Below, piece by piece: positions 44,457 to 51,328 of a DNA stretch of 51,328 bases. The first letter of the stretch is position 1. Each line of letters starts with the position of its first letter. Location of the stretch: positions 1 through 51,328 of the forward strand of contig JBILEY010000002.1 of the NCBI GenBank assembly GCA_044351865.1. Reading direction: 5' to 3'. Made by a program: the position numbers and the translations under genes. The notes under the pieces are model-generated. The model was given only the letters and a program-made list of their open reading frames with translations. It was not told the DNA's origin and did not search any database. This stretch comes from Planctomycetota bacterium. Its GTDB lineage: Bacteria > Planctomycetota > UBA1135 > UBA2386.

Positions 44457-45368
44457 TCAATCGGGCATCGGGGTCGCGGCCAGCACTTCGTGCAGCAACG
44501 CGTCGGCGTGCGCACCACTGCGCGTGGCGATGCGGTGCGCCCAGGTCGGCAACAGCAGCGAACGCACGTCGTCGGGCACCACGTAGTCGCGGCCGTGCAC
44601 GAACGCGCGTGCGCGGCAGGCGCGATGCAGCGCCTGCGCCCCGCGCGTGCTGACGCCCTGCACGGCGTCGGTCGCCGAACGCGTGGCGCCGGCGAGGGCC
44701 ACCATGAACGCGACCAGTTCGCGGTCGCAGCGCACGGCGTCGACCGCGGCGCGCGCTGCCAGCAGGTGCTCGCGGCTCGCCACGGGCTTCAGGTCTTCGG
44801 CGAGCCGATGGCCGTCTTCGCGGGCGACGACGTCGATCTCGTGCTCGGCGTCGAGGTAGCCGATGCGCAGGCACAGCAGGAAGCGGTCGAGCTGGTTCTC
44901 CGGCAGCGGATACGTTCCCGCCGACGTCGACGGGTTCTGCGTCGCGATCACGAAGAACGGATCCGGCAGCGGGTGCGACGTGCGATCGACGGTGACGCGC
45001 CGTTCGGCCATGCACTCGAGCAGCGCCGACTGCGTGCGCGGCGGCGTGCGGTTCAGTTCGTCGGCCAGCAGCACCGACGTGAACACCGGGCCTTGCCGGA
45101 ACGTCAGCTCGCCGGTCTTCGGCTGGTAGACCTGGGCGCCGACGATGTCGGTCGGCAGCAGGTCGGCCGTGCACTGGATGCGCTGGAAGGGCAGGTCGAG
45201 CGCCTTTGCCAGGCTCTTCGCCAGCAGCGTCTTGCCGACGCCGGGCTGGTCCTCGATCAGCACGTGGCCACCGGCGAACAAGGCGATCAAGGCGAGCTCG
45301 ATCGCTTCCTCCTTGCCGCGCAGGCTCTGGCCGATGGCGTCGAGAAGCAGGCTGGCGAGTGGGGTCAT
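44457..45368 (-). CDS. MoxR-family AAA+ ATPase
   Basis: Real part of track ORF 44457..45551 from Met62 (cat 45366..45368); alternative Met at 45395. Walker A EDQPGVGKT. Walker B VLLADELNR. ATQNP sensor block. Confidence 0.9.
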   Translation of the reverse strand: MTPLASLLLDAIGQSLRGKEEAIELALIALFAGGHVLIEDQPGVGKTLLAKSLAKALDLPFQRIQCTADLLPTDIVGAQVYQPKTGELTFRQGPVFTSVLLADELNRTPPRTQSALLECMAERRVTVDRTSHPLPDPFFVIATQNPSTSAGTYPLPENQLDRFLLCLRIGYLDAEHEIDVVAREDGHRLAEDLKPVASREHLLAARAAVDAVRCDRELVAFMVALAGATRSATDAVQGVSTRGAQALHRACRARAFVHGRDYVVPDDVRSLLLPTWAHRIATRSGAHADALLHEVLAATPMPD

Positions 45369-45516
45369 CCGTTCGGCGCGTGGGACGGCGCGCATGCTAC
45401 CTCGGGGGTGCTCGGGATGGACTGTGGGGTGGCGGCTGCAACGTGACTCGACCAGGGGCGGTTCACCGCCGCTCCAGCCTTCCCTCGCGCCCCGGGGCCC
45501 GGCTACCCTCGGCCGG

Positions 45517-46749
45517 GTGAGCAAGCAAGTCGTCGCATCGTTCCAAGCCAAGGGGCACTTGATCGACTCGGGTCTGCTGTCGGACGCGCTCGAGGCGGTC
45601 CAGGCCGCCGGCGCCGCCTACCGCGTCGTGCGCCTCGACATCGGCAAGCAGCGCCACGACGAGAGCCAACTCGAGCTCGAGGTGCAGGCGCCGAACAAGA
45701 AGGTGTTCGACCGCGTGCGCGCCGACCTGATGTCGCTCGGCCTCAGCGAGACCGAGACGCAGGACGCGACGTTCGCCGAGGTCGACATCGAAGGCACGGC
45801 ACCGGAGGGCTTCTACTCGACGACCAACCTCGCCACCGAAGTCCGGGTCGGCGGGCAGTGGCTGCCGGTCCAGAACCAGCGCATGGACGCGACCGTCGTC
45901 GACGACAACGGCACGCTGCGCTGCGTCAAGCTGCGCGACCTGAAGAAGGGGCAGAAGCTCGTCGTCGGCTTCTCCGGCGTGCGCGTCACGCCGTTCACGA
46001 CGCGCAAGCTGCAGGAGGGCAAGTTCGGCTTCATGCAGGGCGGCGTCAGCAGCGAGCGTCGCCTGGAAGCGCAGGTCGAGGACGTCGTGCGCGAATGGAA
46101 GCGCGTGCGCGCCGAGGGCCGCAAGGTCATCGTCGTCGCCGGCCCGGTCGTCGTGCACGTTGGCGCTGCCCCCACCCTCGCAGCGATCCTGAAGGCCGGC
46201 CTGATCGACGGCCTGCTGAGCGGCAACGCGCTCGCCGTGCACGACATCGAGGTCGCGCTCTACGGCACCAGCCTCGGCGTCGAGCTGCAGCACGGCCGCC
46301 CGGCGGTGCACGGCCACATGCACCACATGCGTGCGATCAACACGATCCGCCGCTGCGGCAGCATCCAGAACGCGGTGCAGAAGAAGGTGCTGAAGAACGG
46401 CGTCATGCACGCGGCGGTGCAGGCGAAGGTGCCGTTCTGCCTCGCCGGCTCGATCCGCGACGACGGCCCGCTGCCGGACACCGTCATGGACCTGATCGAG
46501 GCGCAGGCCGGCTACGCGAAGATCCTCGAAGGTGCCGGTCTCGTGGTGATCCTGAGCTCGATGCTGCACGGCATCGGCACCGGCAACATGATCGCCGCCG
46601 ACGTGCTGACCGTCTGCGTCGACATCCACCCGGCGGTCGTCAGCAAGCTCGCCGACCGCGGCTCGGCGCAGAGCCAGGGCATCGTCACCGACGTCGGCGC
46701 GTTCCTCAGCGTGTTGGCGCAGCAGCTCGGGGTGACGGTCAAGGGCTGA
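45517..46749 (+). CDS. LOR/SDH conserved-region (TIGR00300-type) protein; possible ornithine cyclodeaminase-like enzyme
   Basis: Real part of track ORF 45145..46749 with a GTG start at 45517 (MSKQVVASFQAKGHLIDSGLL). The opening GHLIDSG block and overall length (~410 aa) match my memory of this family. Confidence 0.7.
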   Translation: MSKQVVASFQAKGHLIDSGLLSDALEAVQAAGAAYRVVRLDIGKQRHDESQLELEVQAPNKKVFDRVRADLMSLGLSETETQDATFAEVDIEGTAPEGFYSTTNLATEVRVGGQWLPVQNQRMDATVVDDNGTLRCVKLRDLKKGQKLVVGFSGVRVTPFTTRKLQEGKFGFMQGGVSSERRLEAQVEDVVREWKRVRAEGRKVIVVAGPVVVHVGAAPTLAAILKAGLIDGLLSGNALAVHDIEVALYGTSLGVELQHGRPAVHGHMHHMRAINTIRRCGSIQNAVQKKVLKNGVMHAAVQAKVPFCLAGSIRDDGPLPDTVMDLIEAQAGYAKILEGAGLVVILSSMLHGIGTGNMIAADVLTVCVDIHPAVVSKLADRGSAQSQGIVTDVGAFLSVLAQQLGVTVKG

Positions 46750-46835
46750 ACGGCCGAGGCGATTGCGAGGCGGGTTGCCGAGCGCGTTCGTAGCCGCTCT
46801 TCCGCCGAAGCGAGCAACACCGTGCTCTGCCGCCG

Positions 46836-49178
46836 ATGCGTGCGATGAACCCGAACACCCAACAACACGCCGGTCAGAACCACCCCTCCAGCTTGGCGGT
46901 GGCGGTCGGTGTCTTCTTCCTGTCCGGCTTCGCCGCATTGACCTACCAAGTGGTCTGGCAGCGGCTGCTGATCGTGTTCGCGGGTGGCGACGTGCATGCC
47001 GTCACCTTGATCGTCACCGCCTACATGGGCGGTCTCGGACTGGGGAGCCTGCTGGGTGGCCGCCTCGCCGATCGCCTCGGCGTCCGCCGAAGCCTGTCGG
47101 CGTTCGCGCTGGTCGAGTTGTTCATCGGCGCGTTCGCGATGGTCAGCAAAGGCCTCTACTACGACGTTCTCTACGACGTCATTCCACCGACCGCCAGCCT
47201 GACGACGCGCACGGTCGTGCTGTTCGCGAGCCTGCTCTGGCCGACCCTGCTGATGGGCATGTCGCTGCCGCTGCTGGCGCGAGCGCTGACGCCCACGCTC
47301 TCCTCGATCGGCCGCGTGGTCGGTGCGCTCTACGGGTGGAACACGCTCGGCGCGGCCAGCGGCGCCCTGATCTCGACCTGGCTGCTGCTGCCGCGCCTTG
47401 GACTGCACGGGTCGCTGTGGTTCGGAGCCGCCTGCAACGTCCTCTGCGCAGCCGCCGGTTGGTGGCTCGCGAGGCAACCGGCCTCGGCGCCGACGGCCAG
47501 CCCGGCAACAACGGAGCCGAAAGAACGCGAATCGGCCGGAGCGGACGCAGCCGCTGATCGCAATCTGCGGTTCGCCAGTTGGGCGGTTCTCTACGGCGTG
47601 ACCGGGTTCCTCGCCCTGGCACTCGAGATCGTCTGGTTCCGCGTGCTGGGCGTGATGCTGAAGTCCACGGCCTTCACCTTCGGCACGCTCTTGTTCGTGT
47701 ACCTGACGGGCTTCGGCCTCGGCGCGGCGCTCGGCGGTCGCCTCGTGCGGGTCGTGAAGGACCACGGCATCTCGTTCCTGATGCTGCAGGCCGGTGCCAT
47801 TGTCTACGCTGGCGCTGCCCTGATCGTGGTGTTGCTGCTTTCCGAATTCGGTGTGCCGGCCCGCCTCGTGCAGTACTTCGGCGAATACGAGCCGCTCCAG
47901 GTCCACGAAATGGCGTCGTGCGCGAGGCACCTGCTCGACCTCGACCTCGCGGCATCCCGGCCGTTCTTCCGGCTGATCGGACTCTATGTCCTGTTGCCGG
48001 CGGCGCTGATCGGGCCGTCGACGTTGCTGATGGGCCTGAGCATGCCGTGCCTGCAGCGCGCCAGTCACGAGTCGATCGACACGCTCGGCCGGCGACTGGG
48101 GATCCTCCTCGCCGTCAACATCCTGGGCAGCATGCTCGGAGCTGCACTCACCGGGTGGCTGTTGCTGCCGGCTCTGGGCACCGCATCGACGTTGCGCTGG
48201 CTGGTGGCGGCCGCAGCGCTGGTCGCGGCACTGGCCGTACTGCAGCACCGTCGTCGCCACGGCACCATCTCGCCGACGGCAACAGGATTGGCGGCAATGG
48301 CGATCGCCGTCGCGGCAGCTCTGCCCGGTGGTGCGGAACTGTGGGCCCGCCTGCACGGCACCAACCCCCAATCGGTGATCCAGCGCGAGGACGGCTCGGG
48401 AATCTCGGTGCTGAAGCAGGAGCCGGGCGGCCGGACAGGCGTCTTCGTCAATGGGCTCGGGCAGAGCTGGATCCCATTCGGTGGCATCCATACAGCGCTC
48501 GGGGCCCTGCCGGTCCTGATGCACCCGGCGCCGCGCAAGGTGCTCGTGATCGGACTGGGTTCCGGTGACACCGTGTTCGCGGCCGGAGCGCGCGGCGAAG
48601 TGGAGCGCCTCGTGTGCGTCGAGATCATCGGCGCGCAATTGGAGACGCTGCGCGAACTCGCCCGCACGACCGGGGACCCGGGCGTCACGACGCTGTTGAC
48701 GCACCCTCGCTTCGAACATCACGAGGGCGACGGTCGTTCCTTCCTTCGCCGTTCCGGCCAGTTGTTCGACGTGATCGAGGCGGATGCGATGCGCCCGACC
48801 AGCGCATTCGCCGGCAATCTCTACTCGATCGAGTACTTCCAGCTCTTGGCGGCCCACCTTGCGCCGGGTGGCATCGCCGTCACCTGGGCACCGACCGAAC
48901 GGGTGCGGCGAACCTTCCTGGCCGTTTTCCCGCACGTGCTGGCCTTCGGCGACGTCTTGCTGGGCAGCAACACGGCGATCGAGTTCGACGCGGCCACGAT
49001 CGAACAGCGCGCCGAGGCCGTGGCGGACTACTTCACGCGCGCGTCGGTGTCGATCCGGGACGTGATGCGCCCACTGCTGCAGTCCCCGCCGCGGGTCCAT
49101 GGCCCGGAACATCCCCGTCCGATGATCGATCTGAACACCGACGTGTACCCGCGCGACGAGTTCGCGCTGCCTCAGTAG
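46836..49178 (+). CDS. Fused multi-TM / spermidine-synthase-like (class I methyltransferase fold) membrane protein
   Basis: Track ORF, 780 aa. About 12 hydrophobic helices (FFLSGFAALTYQVVWQRLL is typical of the fused spermidine synthase family). C-terminal domain has VLVIGLGSGDT and a VIEADA aminopropyl/methyltransferase-like fold. Confidence 0.8.
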   Translation: MRAMNPNTQQHAGQNHPSSLAVAVGVFFLSGFAALTYQVVWQRLLIVFAGGDVHAVTLIVTAYMGGLGLGSLLGGRLADRLGVRRSLSAFALVELFIGAFAMVSKGLYYDVLYDVIPPTASLTTRTVVLFASLLWPTLLMGMSLPLLARALTPTLSSIGRVVGALYGWNTLGAASGALISTWLLLPRLGLHGSLWFGAACNVLCAAAGWWLARQPASAPTASPATTEPKERESAGADAAADRNLRFASWAVLYGVTGFLALALEIVWFRVLGVMLKSTAFTFGTLLFVYLTGFGLGAALGGRLVRVVKDHGISFLMLQAGAIVYAGAALIVVLLLSEFGVPARLVQYFGEYEPLQVHEMASCARHLLDLDLAASRPFFRLIGLYVLLPAALIGPSTLLMGLSMPCLQRASHESIDTLGRRLGILLAVNILGSMLGAALTGWLLLPALGTASTLRWLVAAAALVAALAVLQHRRRHGTISPTATGLAAMAIAVAAALPGGAELWARLHGTNPQSVIQREDGSGISVLKQEPGGRTGVFVNGLGQSWIPFGGIHTALGALPVLMHPAPRKVLVIGLGSGDTVFAAGARGEVERLVCVEIIGAQLETLRELARTTGDPGVTTLLTHPRFEHHEGDGRSFLRRSGQLFDVIEADAMRPTSAFAGNLYSIEYFQLLAAHLAPGGIAVTWAPTERVRRTFLAVFPHVLAFGDVLLGSNTAIEFDAATIEQRAEAVADYFTRASVSIRDVMRPLLQSPPRVHGPEHPRPMIDLNTDVYPRDEFALPQ

Positions 49179-49329
49179 TTCTCCATCCGGGAAGAACGGA
49201 CCCCGAGGGATGGAACGCAGCCACCGTGGCCTGCCCATCTACCGCGGTCGTTTCGGATCGTCCCGAACGCTGCTCGTCCCTCGATCCCGCTCCGGCTGCG
49301 TCCCGCCGTGTGCCGATAGGAGCGATGCC

Positions 49330-50466
49330 ATGGGATCCCTGCTGTCGGTCGCCCTCTCGTCCCTGCTCGTCGCCGCAGTCGTCGCGCAGGCCCCAGCGCC
49401 GACGGTTGCGCCGAGCCCGGCGAATCCCAACCCGATCCCGGCGCGCAAGCAGCCGAAGCTGCCGCCGCGCGAGGTCGTGCTGTGCGGTGCCCGCGACGGC
49501 GCCCCGCCCGGCGAGTTCGGCCTCGGCGACGGCGGTGTCGCGCTCGAGCGCGGCGAACTCGTCTTCACCGAACACGGCGTTCGCACGCCGGGCGGTGTCG
49601 ACGTCGATGTGCGCTCGGTCGGCGTCAAACTGACGTTCCCTTCGGGGCGCGAACTGCTGGTCGCACCCGACGGCCACGTGCACCTGCGCACCGGCGAGAT
49701 CGGCGGCCCGTTCGCCGGCGGCGTCGAACTGCGCCTCGCCGACGGCGCGCTGGTGCGCATCGTGCTCGTGCCCGGCGCCGACCTGCGCCTGCGCGACGTG
49801 TTCGTCGTGCACGGCGAACGCGCGCTGCAGCCGTGGCGCCGCGGCGCGCCGGCGACCAACACGCAGCGGCCTGGCGGCTGGCCGGGCTTGCACGTGTCGT
49901 GCTGTGGCGACGGTGGCGAACTCTACCGAACGGTCGCGCTCGGTCCGCTGCTCGTGCTCGATCGTGTGCTGGTGCCGCAGGCGCGCGAGGACGCGGCGCC
50001 GAAGGAGCGCCTCGTCGTGCTGACGCAACCGCTGCTCGAGTCGCTGACGCGCATGCCGCGCCAGCATCGCGAACCCGACGCGCCGGTCCGCCAGGCGGTC
50101 GCCGCGGTGACGGCGGTCGCCGACAAGGGCGAGCTGATCTTCCCGGCCGGAGCGGCGCTGCGCCGCGTCGAGCGCGAGCAGTTGCGCTGGCGGCTCGAAG
50201 GCGGCTTCGAGCTCCAGCTCGACCTCGACGGCCCGATGGCGCCGCGCCTGCAGTTGTTCACCGGCCGCGCGCCGGTGGCGATGGTCGAATGGACGCTGCG
50301 CGGCGATGGGGCGGCGTTCCTCGCCAATCCGCGCGACGAGCAGGTCGGCAAGCGCTGGCATGGCAACGGCACGCGCCTTGGCCGTGTCGTCACCGACCTG
50401 CAGGCCAACGAGGAGTTGTTCGAACGGCCCTACGCGCTGCAGGTGATCGAGCGCTTCGCGCACTGA
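49330..50466 (+). CDS. Secreted protein of unknown function
   Basis: Real part of track ORF 49210..50466 from ATG 49330, preceded by TAGGAG at 49317..49322. Signal peptide MGSLLSVALSSLLVAAVVAQA. Confidence 0.65.
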   Translation: MGSLLSVALSSLLVAAVVAQAPAPTVAPSPANPNPIPARKQPKLPPREVVLCGARDGAPPGEFGLGDGGVALERGELVFTEHGVRTPGGVDVDVRSVGVKLTFPSGRELLVAPDGHVHLRTGEIGGPFAGGVELRLADGALVRIVLVPGADLRLRDVFVVHGERALQPWRRGAPATNTQRPGGWPGLHVSCCGDGGELYRTVALGPLLVLDRVLVPQAREDAAPKERLVVLTQPLLESLTRMPRQHREPDAPVRQAVAAVTAVADKGELIFPAGAALRRVEREQLRWRLEGGFELQLDLDGPMAPRLQLFTGRAPVAMVEWTLRGDGAAFLANPRDEQVGKRWHGNGTRLGRVVTDLQANEELFERPYALQVIERFAH

Positions 50467-50521
50467 GCTGCGACGGCGATCGACTGGGTTCGCGATACGT
50501 CGCCTGCCGATAGCGCGGGCG

Positions 50522-50974
50522 ATGCGCCTGCTCGTCGCTCTCGCCGCGTTCGTGATCCTGCTCGTCGCCGGTGTCGTCGGCTTCGTGATCCACAAGGAAT
50601 CGCAGCGATCGCACACCGGTGGCCGCGCGTCGAACGGTGCGCCGGCGGTGTCGGTCACCATGGAACCGGTGGCGACGCTGACCGTCGGCGACGCGATCGA
50701 CGTCGACGCCAGCGTGCCGCAGCAGGGCTACGTGATCGTGGCGTTCGGCGCGGTCTTTTGAGGCGCGTGCGCCCAACTCGAGCCTCAGTTGGAGGCTCTG
50801 ACCAGGAAGCGTCCGGACGTGCGCCTGCGCCGCATCGACATCGAGTCGTGGGATTCGCCGGTGGCGAAGCTCTACGGCGTGCGCAGCCTGCCGCTGCTGT
50901 GGCTGTATCGCGACGGTGAGGTGGTCGCACGCGGTACGCGCGACGTCGTCGACGAACTGAACGCGCTGCGCTGA
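50522..50974 (+). CDS. Membrane-anchored thioredoxin-fold protein with an in-frame TGA at the first position of the redox motif (U-G-A-C): candidate selenoprotein, alternatively a pseudogene
   Basis: Track ORFs 50522..50761 and 50789..50974 share one frame and are separated only by TGA 50759..50761. Joined translation: ...GYVIVAFGAVF[TGA]GACAQLEPQLEAL...RIDIESWDSPVAKLYGVRSLPLLWLYRDGEVV. This matches the thioredoxin pattern (strand, F-x-A-x-W-C-G-P-C, helix, ..., cis-Pro strand). N-terminal TM helix MRLLVALAAFVILLVAGVVGFVI. Confidence 0.55.
50773..50792 (+). promoter_or_regulatory. Candidate bacterial SECIS hairpin
   Basis: CCAACT (50773..50778) pairs with AGTTGG (50787..50792) around the 8-nt loop CGAGCCTC. 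The stem starts 12 nt after the TGA, and the loop has a G at its second position. Confidence 0.35.
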
Positions 50975-51001
50975 TCGCCGGCGGCGCGTGCCGCGCGGTC
51001 G

Positions 51002-51328
51002 CTACTTGCCCTTCGTGCCGACCGCTTCCTTGGCGCGCGACGAACGGTGTTCCTTCAGCGCCGCTTCCACTGCGGCGTCCTTCTTGTCCATGCGCTGCAG
51101 GGCGTCGTAGGCCGTCTGCGTGTTGGTGGCGCCGAGCGCCAGCAGCAGCGCGGCGCGGTCCTCGGTCTTGGCGGCGCCGCGCAGGCGTTCGCCGAGCTTC
51201 GTCGCCGCCTGCTCGCCGTGCAGCGCGCGACCGATGCGGCCGACGGTGCGTGCGTACTCCGGGTCGGTGACCTGGCCGAGCGACACGATCAGCGCGTCGA
51301 ACACGCCGTCGAGCTTCTGCTCGGCGCA
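51002..51328 (-). CDS. C-terminal part of a helical-repeat (HEAT-like) protein; the gene continues beyond the right edge
   Basis: Track ORF 51002..51304. The frame stays open through 51328 (CAEQKLDGV precedes the track start). Alpha-helical Ala/Leu-rich composition with K/E/D. Confidence 0.55.
   Translation of the reverse strand, partial: CAEQKLDGVFDALIVSLGQVTDPEYARTVGRIGRALHGEQAATKLGERLRGAAKTEDRAALLLALGATNTQTAYDALQRMDKKDAAVEAALKEHRSSRAKEAVGTKGK

Noticed and set aside
50789-50974. An independent 61-aa ORF with a TTG start.
   Set aside because: It has no RBS and encodes only the C-terminal half of a thioredoxin fold. It is in frame with the upstream ORF, which ends exactly at the active-site position. 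It is better explained as one gene with TGA recoding, or as one broken gene.
1-51328. A search by eye for rRNA, tRNA (T-loop GGTTCGAATCC-like boxes), CRISPR repeats, transposase/integrase genes, terminal inverted repeats and prophage genes.
   Set aside because: Nothing convincing was found. The only tandem repeats are intragenic (the His heptads and low-complexity tracts). A proper tRNAscan/Infernal run would be needed to exclude small RNAs.

Overview
High-GC bacterial chromosomal segment (about 70% G+C by eye). It is gene-dense: about 45 protein genes. I recognised no rRNA, tRNA, CRISPR array, transposase or integrase. The six-frame track is dominated by long Arg/Ala/Gly/Pro-rich spurious ORFs, as expected at this GC content. 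I picked real genes by amino-acid composition, family motifs, signal peptides or lipoboxes, and start/stop coupling.

Gene content, left to right:
- A secreted protein running off the left edge, which the ORF track misses.
- A sugar-acid cluster: UxaA-family dehydratase, SDR epimerase/dehydratase and amidohydrolase-2.
- A solitary lower-GC DUF262/DUF1524 (GmrSD-like) nuclease.
- An RluA-family pseudouridine synthase.
- A sugar ABC transporter (binding protein, ATPase, permease).
- An orphan pilT.
- A BlaI-type repressor with two upstream operators, an M56 protease without a sensor domain, and a secreted coiled-coil protein carrying a His heptad array.
- glcDEF plus a translationally coupled helical-repeat gene.
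- An M19 dipeptidase, a metallophosphoesterase and several lipoproteins.
- A minus-strand cluster of four small envelope genes, including a scramblase/Tubby-like protein and a zinc-ribbon membrane protein.
- A translationally coupled string: cyclodeaminase, gpmI, M28 peptidase, an 891-aa lipoprotein and a double-DTG aspartyl protease. A degenerate histidine-kinase-like gene follows.
- MoxR, DUF58 and a transglutaminase.
- A LOR/SDH (TIGR00300) gene next to a fused membrane spermidine-synthase-like gene.

Most notable finding: near the right end, a membrane-anchored thioredoxin-fold gene has an in-frame TGA exactly at the first Cys of the CxxC motif (U-G-A-C), with a hairpin 12 nt downstream. 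This makes it a candidate selenoprotein.

All functional calls rest on motif recognition from memory. No database search was run.
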